Of a stretch of 64,000 nucleotides of DNA, positions 8,227-18,015 are shown one piece after another. The notes beneath the pieces are model-generated. The model did no database searches, was not told the origin of the DNA, and saw only the letters and a list, made by a program, of their open reading frames with translations. The stretch covers positions 2,394 to 66,393 of the forward strand of contig CAZGIM010000021.1 of assembly GCA_964525995.1 (NCBI GenBank), read 5' to 3'. A program made the position numbers and the translations under genes. The stretch comes from an uncultured Prolixibacteraceae bacterium. GTDB lineage: Bacteria; Bacteroidota; Bacteroidia; Bacteroidales; FEN-979. Each line of letters starts with the position of its first letter. Within the stretch, counting starts at the first letter, position 1.

Positions 8227-10812
8227 CTAAAGAACAATCATTTTCAATGTTTTAATCCAGCCGTCACGATTGACGCAAATGAGGTAAATGCCCGGCGACT
8301 GATCCTGCAATGAAACCTCAAGTATACCTGTGTTTTGTGATCGCCGCGTAAACACCTCTCTACCGTTCATATTCAATATCCTAACTGTTGTCCATTCATC
8401 GGGTACCGGATTCGAAAATTCTACCAGGAACCTTCCCTCGGAAGGATTCGGATAAATTCTGACCCATTTGTCGGCGCCACCGGTCAGCGCATCATTCTCC
8501 TGTTCTCCTGCCGTTCTGATGGGTGAGTAGGAATATGAATTGCAATACATTCCGGTGGTAGTGATGGACCCTGAAAGGAATCCTCCCGGGGACACCGTGA
8601 CTCCGGGCAAGAGTCGTATTTTTTCACCGGCGATGAAACGGGCAACTCCGCCGGGTTGAACGGTAAATGAGGTTCCGTTACCCGCTACTGTGATGGTCTG
8701 ATAGGCATTAAAACACCGGTTTTGTCCATCTAAAATGTTAATTCCATACACTGAAAGGCTATTTTGGATCAGGTATGTGATGATGAACGGATCGGTCATG
8801 GTACCCAGTTCACCCGAATTCTGAAAGGTAACGATCTCATTTGCATCGACAATTTCATCGGTGTTATGCAGATAGATTTTAAATGTAATAGCCTCGCCCG
8901 ACTCTGTATTTGATCCTACACTGAGGAACAAAACACCTCCAAGAGATGGAATGGGGCTGGCCACACCCCGGCACTCTGAACCGGCAAAGGCTCCGACTAC
9001 ATCCAATGAATCAAGGGAATATATGCCCTGGGCGATCTCAATTTTCCCGATCACACTCATGTTGTACCTTGGGTTAATCAGAGGGTTCCAATTGGGTGGT
9101 CCGATTATTCCGGCCTGTGTAATATCAATCGTTACGGGGGGCACTCCCGGCGAAGCAATAGTTATGGTAGCTGTTCGTGTTGCGCTTGATGTATTGGCCG
9201 AACAAGTAACCGTGAAGGTGCCGGAACCAACCCCCGTGGCGGGCGAAAGTACGCACCAGATTTGGTCGCCCTCAGCCGTCCAGTCACATCCATCGGTAGC
9301 GGAAACTGTAAAAGAAAAGGAGCTACCGGGAGAAGGAAATTGATGAAATGACGGCAAAACCGATAAAGTACACGACGGGCCGCCATATGTGAAAATATAG
9401 GGATTATCCAGGGTTCCTACTTCAGAATAACTCTGAAAAACAAGCGTCTGGTTTGCGTCGTATATCTGATTTTCCGAAGCCAAGAAAATCTTGAATGTGA
9501 TTTGTTCGCCCGAGATTTGATCGGAACCGATCGAAAGAAATAAAAGTCCATTCATTCCGGCAACAGGAGAAGCAACTCCACGACACTCTGAACCGGCAAA
9601 AGCGCCTACGAGGTCGTTTTCATTCAATGAAAAGCCTCCACCCGAAAGCTGGATTTTTCCGACAACGCTCATCGAATATTGAAGATTTGGCTCCGGGCCC
9701 CAGTTTGGCTGCGAAGGTGCAGCTGCCTGTGTAACGGTGAAAACAAAAGGAGTAGGAACTTCGGGTCCGGCTATGTAAACATTTGCCGTCCGTTGAGTAT
9801 TGGTCGGATTTTGAATGAATGTTACGTTGAGTAACGCATTCCCGGATCCAAAAACAGGTAACACGGTGAGCCATTCGGCATCATCGGCAACCACCCAGTC
9901 GGTATTGGCGGTAACGCTGAAAACCGTTGATCCGGCAGTATAGGGGACAGATTGATTGAGCGGACTGACCGTGATGAACGGGCTGTCGGCAACCTGAAAA
10001 TTGAACCGGAAATTACTGGGATAGGAATAATGTTGTTTGTTTCTGACTACCAGTACGGTATCATTGCCCGGCGTTCCGATCTGTGCCGAAAAAGTCACCA
10101 GTGTTGAGTCGGTCAGCATCAGAGTAAAAATGGCAGGCTGAATATTGAACCAGGGTTGCGGAACATATTCGAAATGATTTACACTCATCGAATCAAAATA
10201 GTAATATTGATTATCGTCATCCCAGTAAAAATATGCCGGACTTTTACACCAGTAAGAGTATTCGTAGGGTTCGTTAACGTAAATTTGTTCGTTGAAGTTA
10301 TAAAGATTTTGCGCCGGGGAAGTGGTTACAGTCAGGGTCAGGGTCATATCTGACCAATTACCATTCTGATCGTTAATAACGGTTGTGTATATGCCTGGTG
10401 TAACGGGAGCCGTGAATATAAAATCGACCTTAGTGGCAATGCCATCGGCATAGTCGGTAAACTGGGCGGGTGATATTTCAAGCCAGTCGACCGGAGGATT
10501 CTCAACCAGGGAGGCCGACAAGGCATATCCATTTGTTCCAGTCGCCCAATAGTATAACGATCCCGTAAAGGAATTTCCAGGAGTCAGTTCAACGTCGTAG
10601 AAATCGATCCCTGAAGAATGATCGGAGAAAGAGGTCAGGACTAATGCATTTCCTTGTATATCTATGGTCCCGAACCCCGTTCGTTGTTGCAGGGTGTCGG
10701 AGAGCATTCGTTCCGGTGTTTCAACCAGGGCGAAATTAATATTGTCATCGGGATATGCGGCGACTCCGACGAAGAAAAAAAATAGCAACAGCATGCATGA
10801 AAACGGTTTCAT
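8227..10812 (-). CDS. T9SS-secreted protein with two BACON-like plus ECRG didomains
   Basis: Start chosen at the internal Met that gives signal peptide MKPFSCMLLLFFFFVGVAA (track start is 10842). Two BACON-like modules are each followed by a ~105-aa module with GAFAGSECRGVASP. CTD is RIYPNPSEGRFLVEF...GIYLICV. Confidence 0.8.
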   Translation of the reverse strand: MKPFSCMLLLFFFFVGVAAYPDDNINFALVETPERMLSDTLQQRTGFGTIDIQGNALVLTSFSDHSSGIDFYDVELTPGNSFTGSLYYWATGTNGYALSASLVENPPVDWLEISPAQFTDYADGIATKVDFIFTAPVTPGIYTTVINDQNGNWSDMTLTLTVTTSPAQNLYNFNEQIYVNEPYEYSYWCKSPAYFYWDDDNQYYYFDSMSVNHFEYVPQPWFNIQPAIFTLMLTDSTLVTFSAQIGTPGNDTVLVVRNKQHYSYPSNFRFNFQVADSPFITVSPLNQSVPYTAGSTVFSVTANTDWVVADDAEWLTVLPVFGSGNALLNVTFIQNPTNTQRTANVYIAGPEVPTPFVFTVTQAAAPSQPNWGPEPNLQYSMSVVGKIQLSGGGFSLNENDLVGAFAGSECRGVASPVAGMNGLLFLSIGSDQISGEQITFKIFLASENQIYDANQTLVFQSYSEVGTLDNPYIFTYGGPSCTLSVLPSFHQFPSPGSSFSFTVSATDGCDWTAEGDQIWCVLSPATGVGSGTFTVTCSANTSSATRTATITIASPGVPPVTIDITQAGIIGPPNWNPLINPRYNMSVIGKIEIAQGIYSLDSLDVVGAFAGSECRGVASPIPSLGGVLFLSVGSNTESGEAITFKIYLHNTDEIVDANEIVTFQNSGELGTMTDPFIITYLIQNSLSVYGINILDGQNRCFNAYQTITVAGNGTSFTVQPGGVARFIAGEKIRLLPGVTVSPGGFLSGSITTTGMYCNSYSYSPIRTAGEQENDALTGGADKWVRIYPNPSEGRFLVEFSNPVPDEWTTVRILNMNGREVFTRRSQNTGILEVSLQDQSPGIYLICVNRDGWIKTLKMIVL

Positions 10813-10831
10813 CGCCAAATTTTTAAGTGAA

Positions 10832-13800
10832 TCACCAGACAATCATTTTTTTCGCGTAAATCCTTTGGACACGCTCATCTGTGTATGTGATCCTGAGCGT
10901 GTACATGCCGGGGATGAGGTCCTTCGCATCAAGATTAAGCGTATATTTTCCGGGATTTAATTCACCATCCATCACTAAACCCTTGATCACCCCGATATTG
11001 TCAAGAATAACAGCGGAGATATGGCAGGGCCTTACAACCGTGATGTCAAGAGAGGATAAAGCATCGAAGGGATTGGGATATATTTCGCCAATCTGAAGTT
11101 CATCGTTCCCGGCCTGAATGATCGGAACGGCATTGGCTCCGGCCAGGTCAAGTTCATAGGGCGCTTCCATGTTCCCGGTTTCAAGCTGCGAAGAAAATTC
11201 CAGGGTATTTTTTATTTCAAATAATGTATTGTCCTGAGCAAGAAAAACCTTGAATATCAATCTTTCGCCCGATTCATTATCGGAACCGACTGTCAAAAAT
11301 ATCTTTCCATCCAGGCCCGGAACCGGTCCTGCCATCCCCCGGCATTCGTTGCCGCAATAGACATAGACAACATCTTCAGGATCGGTCGACAATAACTCAC
11401 CGGCCTTTGTGACTGTAGCAATGATCTGCATGTTGTACTGAGGGTTGACCCTGGGATAATCGCCCGTGGGTGAAAACGCCATTGCGGGGGTTTCACCAGG
11501 TTCTACGGGTACCTGATTATCAAATCCGGTGGGATAGGTGAGGGTTGAAGGGTTGGCAAGGTGAATGACGTATCCTTTCCCCTTTTGCAGAGTCGGAAGG
11601 CTTCCTACCCATTGGCTTCCGTTATTGACGGCAAAGGAGGTCTGCGCGTTAAACCGGTCGTTGAGAACGGGGGCCGGTACAATACCAGTCAGGGCTGTAT
11701 TGATGGGCAGATCGCTCTGTGGCAGATAACCGATCCAGGGATAGCCGCTTCCGATGGAAATGGGAACGATTGGCACCGGGGCCCCGACTTTGCACCAGGT
11801 TTGTGAGGTGCATAATTTTAGTTTGTACATCGCAGTCGGACTGATGGCGGTAAGCGACCCAACCCATTGGTTTCCGTAATAGGTGGCAAAGGTTTGCTGG
11901 CCGATGATCCGGTCATTCTCACAGGCATTCAGGTTATCGAACAAAGAGTTCAAGGCCATGGCCCCGGGATCAATATTGACCGAAAACCAGGTATATCCAG
12001 CCCCGAAATTGATGCACAGTTGCACCGATCCGCAATGGAAAGCAAATGGATCGGTAAATGTGCCGATTTCCGATTGATCGACAAAGGGTAATGTTTCCGC
12101 TATCGGGCACTCCTCGCAGGTGGCCGACTTCCAGGCTTTGAAGGTCACGGTTTCACCTGAGGCAACATTCGAGGTGATGGTCAGGAAGATCAGGCCATTC
12201 ATTGCCGGTACCGGGTAAGCAATACCCCTGCATTCCTGTCCGACAAAAGCGCCAACCGCATCGCCGTCATTGGTAGTCAGAACGTTGGAGATATACAGGT
12301 TCGCAAGCACATTCATGGAATATTGCTGATTTTGAACGGGCTGCCATGGTGGCGAACACGGAGACGCTGCCTCCTGGGTTACTGTGACCAGTATCGGATT
12401 CGTTCCAGGAACGGTAACGGTGATGGTGGCCACACGCGGACTGGTGGTGGTATTAACGGCATAATTCGCGTTAATTGTACCGTTCCCCGATCCCGATGGG
12501 GCTACCGTACACCATGTTTGGTTGCTCGAGGCTGTCCAGTCGCAGTTGGTGGTCACATTGAAGGTGGTCGACCCGGTTGGAGTTGCTGCAACATTCTGGT
12601 TTGAAGGGGTCACGCTAAGCGTACAGGGCATGGCTGCCTGGGTTACCTTAACCATTACCGGATTGGCTCCCGGGACAGTAACGGTGATGGTGGCCGTGCG
12701 CGGAGTTGGCAAGGTATTAGCCAAGTAATTAGCGCTGACATATCCATTCCCGGATCCTGTAGGGGTTATCACCATACACCACGTCTGATTACTGGTCGCT
12801 GTCCAGGAACAATTCGAAACAACATTGTAACTGACCGATCCTCCGGGAGAGGCTACGACATTCTGGTTTGAGGGGGTCACAGCAAGTGTACAGGTAACAG
12901 TGGATGGATTAACCGTGATAGTGTATATCTGAGAAATCCCCAGACATCCGTTAGCGGATGGTACAATTGTGACAGTTGCGACGGCTGGAACAGAGCTGAC
13001 ATTTGTGGCAAGAAATCCAGGAATATTGCCAGTTCCACTTGCTCCCAATCCAATGGAGGGATTACTGTTGAGCCAATTGAAACTTGTGCCGGTAACAGGT
13101 CCTGATAATGGTGTCATTGGCGCCAGGTCGCCATTTATATATACCTGATTAGTTATTGAATAAACCGATGGAGTGGGATTTACCATAATGGTATACGATG
13201 ATACCGGCCCAATACAACCATTGGCAGTTGGAGTGACGGTAACAAGAGCGAAAACAGTCGAAGCGCCTGTATTTGTGGTAAGAAATCCTGGCACATTACC
13301 GGTGCCGCTCGCCGCTAATCCAATCGACGGATTACTGTTAATCCAGGTATAAACTGTTCCCGGTACCGGCCCACTTAATGTTGTAGATGATGCCAATTCT
13401 TGATTACAATAGGTCTGACTACTGATAAAGTTAACTGACGGCAGTGGTTTTACCAATACTGATTTAATGGTTGGATTGATGGCGGCACATCCGTTTGAAC
13501 TCAAATAATTAACTGTAATTGTATGAGTTCCCGGAAGAGCCCAATTAACTGTTATTTGATATGTCCCTACGCCGGAGGTAATAACTCCTCCTGGGGAGAT
13601 AATCCAATTATATCCGGTCATTCCGGATTCGGTGGTATATACAACGCCCATTGTATTCTCACAAACTTCTGAAACACCTGTTATGGTAGGAACAGGTAAT
13701 ACATTTACAGTTATTGTTTTAACGGTTGAATTTGCCGCACGACATCCTGTTGAACTCGTATAATTGACACTTACAGTATGTTGGCCGGGGGTATGCCAGG

Positions 13801-14944
13801 TTACAGTAATACTGCTTGTTCCGGCCCCGGTATTTATTGTTCCTCCGGCCGACACCGACCAGGAATAATTCGACATCCCTGATTCGGTTGAATAAACATT
13901 TCCAGGAATCCCGATGCATGCTGAAGATTGCCCTAACAAACCGGGGACAGGCAGCGGGTTTACCATGACATTAAGTGGCTGAGAATTTGATCCAACCCCG
14001 CAACTATTTACACCTTTTACCTTGATCGAACCCGAAACAGCATTGGAAGTAAATGTAACTGTGATCGAATTGGTATTACTCCCGGAAGTAATTGCAACAC
14101 CGGAGGGAACTGACCAAATATAACTAACCGCATTCTTTATTGGGGGACTGTAATAACTGACTCCCTCCTGGCCAACGCAAACCGATGACGGACCAACAAT
14201 TGGTTTTCCCTGATGCGGTAAGCATGAAGTAACTGAAAATAATCCATTGACGACACTGCTATAAGTTCGGAGGCTGTCTTTGAAAATGTAGTTTATGGAA
14301 TGAAGACCTATAGTTAAAAATGGGGTTTCTACAGAATCTATCAAAGTAAGGTACCGGACATGCTGTGGTAATTCAATAGTCTCAGCGGAGGTAAAATTAT
14401 CGTCAAACCAATATTTGTAGGCAACATTTTTGTTGGTATCCTCAGTGATGTTTTTATACTTCATAAAAAACTGGGTAATGACGCCACTCCATTGGCCGGA
14501 ATTGTCTTTAAAACGCATATTCAGCAAATGAAACCCGAGTGAACTGGAACTCAGGTTAAGGTTCGAATTAAGCTGATATGGTTGAGAAGGAATCACATTC
14601 AGGAGCGTTTTTCCGGCATAATTATCATCAACCCAGTATTCATAGGCCACTACTTGTTTATTAACAGAGGCGTTTTGCGGGTATTTCATAAAAAATTGTG
14701 TCAGAACGCCACTCCACACATTCTGGCTATCAGCGAACCGTAGGTTGAGTACATGAAAACCATCACTGACCTGACTCAGCGGGAGGTTAGCATTAAGAGT
14801 AAAGGTTTGTACAGGAGTAATTGACGTGACTACCTTTCCGGACACGTTATCGTCGACCCAATACTCATACATTTTTATATTATTCTGTGCCTGTACCACA
14901 TAGAAAATATGCAGCAGCATGAACCATAACAAAATCTTTTTCAT
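10832..14944 (-). CDS. T9SS-secreted multidomain surface protein (paralog 1 of the giant adhesin-like pair)
   Basis: Same architecture as 3292..7107 but with different module counts: three YEYWVD repeats, three PKD-like modules, two GC(I/L)GP modules and two BACON-like modules. It also has two ECRG modules, two WVGSL repeats and a T9SS CTD (IYPNPFDALSSLDI...GMYTLRITY). Confidence 0.85.
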   Translation of the reverse strand: MKKILLWFMLLHIFYVVQAQNNIKMYEYWVDDNVSGKVVTSITPVQTFTLNANLPLSQVSDGFHVLNLRFADSQNVWSGVLTQFFMKYPQNASVNKQVVAYEYWVDDNYAGKTLLNVIPSQPYQLNSNLNLSSSSLGFHLLNMRFKDNSGQWSGVITQFFMKYKNITEDTNKNVAYKYWFDDNFTSAETIELPQHVRYLTLIDSVETPFLTIGLHSINYIFKDSLRTYSSVVNGLFSVTSCLPHQGKPIVGPSSVCVGQEGVSYYSPPIKNAVSYIWSVPSGVAITSGSNTNSITVTFTSNAVSGSIKVKGVNSCGVGSNSQPLNVMVNPLPVPGLLGQSSACIGIPGNVYSTESGMSNYSWSVSAGGTINTGAGTSSITVTWHTPGQHTVSVNYTSSTGCRAANSTVKTITVNVLPVPTITGVSEVCENTMGVVYTTESGMTGYNWIISPGGVITSGVGTYQITVNWALPGTHTITVNYLSSNGCAAINPTIKSVLVKPLPSVNFISSQTYCNQELASSTTLSGPVPGTVYTWINSNPSIGLAASGTGNVPGFLTTNTGASTVFALVTVTPTANGCIGPVSSYTIMVNPTPSVYSITNQVYINGDLAPMTPLSGPVTGTSFNWLNSNPSIGLGASGTGNIPGFLATNVSSVPAVATVTIVPSANGCLGISQIYTITVNPSTVTCTLAVTPSNQNVVASPGGSVSYNVVSNCSWTATSNQTWCMVITPTGSGNGYVSANYLANTLPTPRTATITVTVPGANPVMVKVTQAAMPCTLSVTPSNQNVAATPTGSTTFNVTTNCDWTASSNQTWCTVAPSGSGNGTINANYAVNTTTSPRVATITVTVPGTNPILVTVTQEAASPCSPPWQPVQNQQYSMNVLANLYISNVLTTNDGDAVGAFVGQECRGIAYPVPAMNGLIFLTITSNVASGETVTFKAWKSATCEECPIAETLPFVDQSEIGTFTDPFAFHCGSVQLCINFGAGYTWFSVNIDPGAMALNSLFDNLNACENDRIIGQQTFATYYGNQWVGSLTAISPTAMYKLKLCTSQTWCKVGAPVPIVPISIGSGYPWIGYLPQSDLPINTALTGIVPAPVLNDRFNAQTSFAVNNGSQWVGSLPTLQKGKGYVIHLANPSTLTYPTGFDNQVPVEPGETPAMAFSPTGDYPRVNPQYNMQIIATVTKAGELLSTDPEDVVYVYCGNECRGMAGPVPGLDGKIFLTVGSDNESGERLIFKVFLAQDNTLFEIKNTLEFSSQLETGNMEAPYELDLAGANAVPIIQAGNDELQIGEIYPNPFDALSSLDITVVRPCHISAVILDNIGVIKGLVMDGELNPGKYTLNLDAKDLIPGMYTLRITYTDERVQRIYAKKMIVW

Positions 14945-14955
14945 GGCTTTGGCAT

Positions 14956-16008
14956 TTAGCGTGGTTGAGCAGATACCTTGATGGTTACCGGCAGATTACC
15001 TGTTGGGCTCAGGACCGTTCCGATGGTTTTTGAGCTGATATGAGGATTAAATGGCACTGCTCCATCTTTATACGGGTACGGGGTTCCAAAAATACCGACA
15101 TCGGTTCCATCGGTTCCGGCATTGACACCGGGACTGGTCGGTTTTAAATGATAGCTATTGGAATATGCAAAATTCGAGGTAGACGCGTTGATAAAAGTAT
15201 CTGTTGCAAATTGATTGGAAATATTATTATTACACGTGTTGGTTGCGCCGCACGCCACTGAGCCTCCACTGGATGCTGTGGTGCAGAATAAATTGTTATT
15301 GTAAAGATTGTAGGTTCCCAGGTTGATGGTATTGCTCGAGGTGGTAATTATGATGTTGTTGAGGAAGATAGAACCCTCGCCGCCAGTGTCAAAATTCCCA
15401 GTAATATAAAAAATATTGTTGAGAAATGTTGCAGGGTTATTGTAGCCCACGTTTGAACGGAAGATGTTTTTTTCAAAAACAGTAGGAGCTACAGCCACCC
15501 CCTGAATAGGATTAACTATTACATTTTCTCTGATAATTACACCCTGTGCGCCAAGAGTAGTCCAATTGCTAAAGTTCATCGAATAAATACAGCATCTTTC
15601 AATTCTATAGTTTAAAACATTACCGTCACCGGAATAATTAGTACCAAAAGAAAAACCATAAAGATAACACCCACTAATGCTTCCACTGTCCGCCCCCGTT
15701 TTTACATAAATCTGTATTGTGCTAAATCTAGTGGTATTCGTTGCAAGTGTTGAATCTGGATAATGTCCGCATCCGACAATTGTCAATCGTTTATCAATTA
15801 CTAAATCACCTGTATTTAAAATATCTCCACCCGGGAGATAAATCGTGTCACTTGCACTGGCACCTGCTACCGCCGCATTGATTGTTGTATAAAAAGTCGA
15901 AGCTCCATTGTGAACAACGTTGATTTTTGCTCCGGCTTGTCCATTTGCAAACTGAATACTGGTCAATCCAATTATTAAAATAATCATGTAAATGTTTAAT
16001 TTTTTCAT
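14956..16008 (-). CDS. secreted right-handed parallel beta-helix repeat protein (paralog 1)
   Basis: Signal peptide MKKLNIYMIILIIGLTSIQFANG. SDTIYLPGG...KRLTIVGCGHYPDST cap and N-rich beta-helix coils. Collinear with 7162..8199 along its whole length. Confidence 0.75.
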   Translation of the reverse strand: MKKLNIYMIILIIGLTSIQFANGQAGAKINVVHNGASTFYTTINAAVAGASASDTIYLPGGDILNTGDLVIDKRLTIVGCGHYPDSTLATNTTRFSTIQIYVKTGADSGSISGCYLYGFSFGTNYSGDGNVLNYRIERCCIYSMNFSNWTTLGAQGVIIRENVIVNPIQGVAVAPTVFEKNIFRSNVGYNNPATFLNNIFYITGNFDTGGEGSIFLNNIIITTSSNTINLGTYNLYNNNLFCTTASSGGSVACGATNTCNNNISNQFATDTFINASTSNFAYSNSYHLKPTSPGVNAGTDGTDVGIFGTPYPYKDGAVPFNPHISSKTIGTVLSPTGNLPVTIKVSAQPR

Positions 16009-16245
16009 GGCATCACTTTTTATGTTAATGGATAATTATTTCTGTCTGAGGGTATAATGAATGTATGTCCGTTGAATCAATGTTTCGCATAAAATCTAGA
16101 AATCTGTAATTAACATTTGTTCTCAGAATTCGTCTTGCTGGGAATTTAAAAAGTCAGTGGTTGACCAGTAATTCGGTTTCCGTTATTATATAGATACCCC
16201 AACCAAGCAGTTTTGGAGAAATTTCCAGATTTTTTTCAACCATTT

Positions 16246-16301
16246 CAAAAGTAAAGGATGAAAAAATCAAATTAAATAACCCAATTAGGGAATTTTCATG
16301 T
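16246..16301 (-). promoter_or_regulatory. promoter-like module upstream of the adhesin operon (26-nt conserved block, 22-nt spacer, TACTTTTG)
   Basis: The minus strand reads ACATGAAAATTCCCTAATTGGGTTAT, then 22 nt, then TACTTTTG. The octamer fits the Bacteroides -7 consensus TAnnTTTG. The same architecture recurs at 17921..17976. Confidence 0.5.
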
Positions 16302-16356
16302 TTGATAGTTATCATTTTGAAAGATACTTGTATTGAGGCATCGAAATACAATGAGT

Positions 16357-16971
16357 TCAAGGAGTGGTGTCATCTTTGACACATCGAACACTAAATTGCA
16401 TGTTTGGTCTGCATTCTTCGATCTTTACTTTGTCACCTTTGTTATTAACAAAAACGTAATGAGGATTAAAGCTGAATTCCGGTTTTGTTGATGACCACCA
16501 AACAGCAATATGACCAACTCCCAAATTACCACCAATACCTACCCCAGTATTTAATCCTTGACCTGAAGGTATTGCAGTAAAACCACTACTATTGGTAGAA
16601 GTTCCTTTATCATCTACCCATCCATTTTTTGTTTTCATTTTACCCCCAGCTATTTTTGATCCGCCTAAAAAATCAAACAAAACTTTCCATTCTTTATCAT
16701 TTGGTAAATGCCAACCTTGGGGACATGATTTCATAGCAGATTCCCACCTATAAAGTTTTCCATACTTTTCACATGCTAATGAGTCATCCTTATAGCACCA
16801 ACAAAAACCTTTGGTCTGATAATTAAGATTTTGAGCCATCCAGGTCTGATCGCCAATTTTAACCAGACTGTATGTTTTGCCATCTCTTGAATCAACAAAA
16901 ATGTCTGTTTCCTGGCCTTTTGCAGGATTGAATGAAATGGCAAGAATAATTAACAACATTGCATTCTTCAT
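16357..16971 (-). CDS. FISUMP (Fibrobacter succinogenes major paralogous, TIGR02145-type) domain protein
   Basis: Signal peptide followed by the hallmark string DSRDGKTYSLVKIGDQTWMAQNLNY...YGKLYRWESA...CPQGWHLPNDKEW...GFTAIPSG...FSVRCVKD. Confidence 0.85.
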   Translation of the reverse strand: MKNAMLLIILAISFNPAKGQETDIFVDSRDGKTYSLVKIGDQTWMAQNLNYQTKGFCWCYKDDSLACEKYGKLYRWESAMKSCPQGWHLPNDKEWKVLFDFLGGSKIAGGKMKTKNGWVDDKGTSTNSSGFTAIPSGQGLNTGVGIGGNLGVGHIAVWWSSTKPEFSFNPHYVFVNNKGDKVKIEECRPNMQFSVRCVKDDTTP

Positions 16972-17185
16972 ACTTCATCTTTTAAGTTAATTCTTTAACA
17001 ATCCTTCTTTTAATTGCATATCAAATATCCATTTCAATTATATGGATGATCCATTCCGATTTTTAAATTCAAATTCAACAGTTGAAATGCAAGTGAAATA
17101 TCAAATAACCAGACAAAATAGAAGAAACGCCATATTTCATTATTCTACCTGTTGCGCTGAATAAATATCCTATTTAAACTAATAC

Positions 17186-17821
17186 TTACTCCACCAACCC
17201 GTTCTCAATCGCAAAACAGGTCAACAATGCAATGCTTTTAAGGTGTAGTTTTTTCTGTATGTTTTTTCGGTGTTTGTTGACGGTTTCGGGTTGAATGAAC
17301 AGGCACGCGGCAATGTCGGTATAGCTCTGTCCACGCGCGATCATTTTCAGGATCTCCAACTCACGGGCAGTGAGATTTTTAATAGATGACATCGGATGGC
17401 TTTTCCGGAAATCATGATAAAATTCGCGTACATGGTCCATCTCAGCAATTTGTCCGAGATCTGACTGATGGCAGCAAATAAGATCCCTGTCATACTGTGA
17501 TGCTCCATACTTTTTAAAAGTACAGAGGACCCATTCCAGACCCACTGTGTGATCCATAGACCGCATGAAGAATGAGACACTGTTGCAATCGCCCCCTGAA
17601 ATCTTTCGGTATGCATTGAAAAATACCGGCTGATCATCACTGTATATATAATGCTCCACAAATGTTATGAGCGTTTCAGGAACAATTTCGTTTGATGAAA
17701 AATACCTTTTTGTCCAGTTAGCATTTCCCCATACAAGTTGTCTGGTTTCGGAATCAAAAATCCCTATCATTCCGGGAAAATGAAGAAACAGGTCTGTCAG
17801 CGACTCTTGAGAAAATTCCAT
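17186..17821 (-). CDS. LuxR-family transcriptional regulator with N-terminal PAS-like sensor domain
   Basis: C-terminal HTH LTARELEILKMIARGQSYTDIAACLFIQPETVNKHRKNIQKKL. The N-terminal ~140 aa has a PAS-like pattern. Confidence 0.8.
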   Translation of the reverse strand: MEFSQESLTDLFLHFPGMIGIFDSETRQLVWGNANWTKRYFSSNEIVPETLITFVEHYIYSDDQPVFFNAYRKISGGDCNSVSFFMRSMDHTVGLEWVLCTFKKYGASQYDRDLICCHQSDLGQIAEMDHVREFYHDFRKSHPMSSIKNLTARELEILKMIARGQSYTDIAACLFIQPETVNKHRKNIQKKLHLKSIALLTCFAIENGLVE

Positions 17822-17920
17822 GATGTCAGTTCTTATTTCTTAAATAGATGAACCTGACAGATTATTCTGGAGAAAAGAATTCAAATTTTTTACCGGATTG
17901 ATTACTTCTCCGGTACAGAC

Positions 17921-17976
17921 CAAAAATAAAAAAGAAAAGAATAGTAAAAGATAACCCAATTAGGGTATTTTTATGT
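17921..17976 (-). promoter_or_regulatory. promoter-like module upstream of the PAS-LuxR gene (26-nt conserved block, 22-nt spacer, TATTTTTG)
   Basis: The minus strand reads ACATAAAAATACCCTAATTGGGTTAT, then 22 nt, then TATTTTTG. The block matches 16276..16301 at 24/26 positions with identical spacing to the -7-like box. Confidence 0.5.
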
Positions 17977-18015
17977 AGAAGAGTCTATTATTATGAATTT
18001 ATTCATGCTTGGATG

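Noticed and set aside
3292-16008. Recent mobile-element-mediated duplication of the adhesin module.
   Set aside because: The copies are substantially diverged at nucleotide level. No IS, transposase, integrase or long identical flanking repeats are visible.
16154-16360. 68-aa ORF between the FISUMP gene and the beta-helix gene.
   Set aside because: It is AT-rich and low-complexity. It is built over the conserved 26-nt block and the -7-like box, so it is better explained as a regulatory region.
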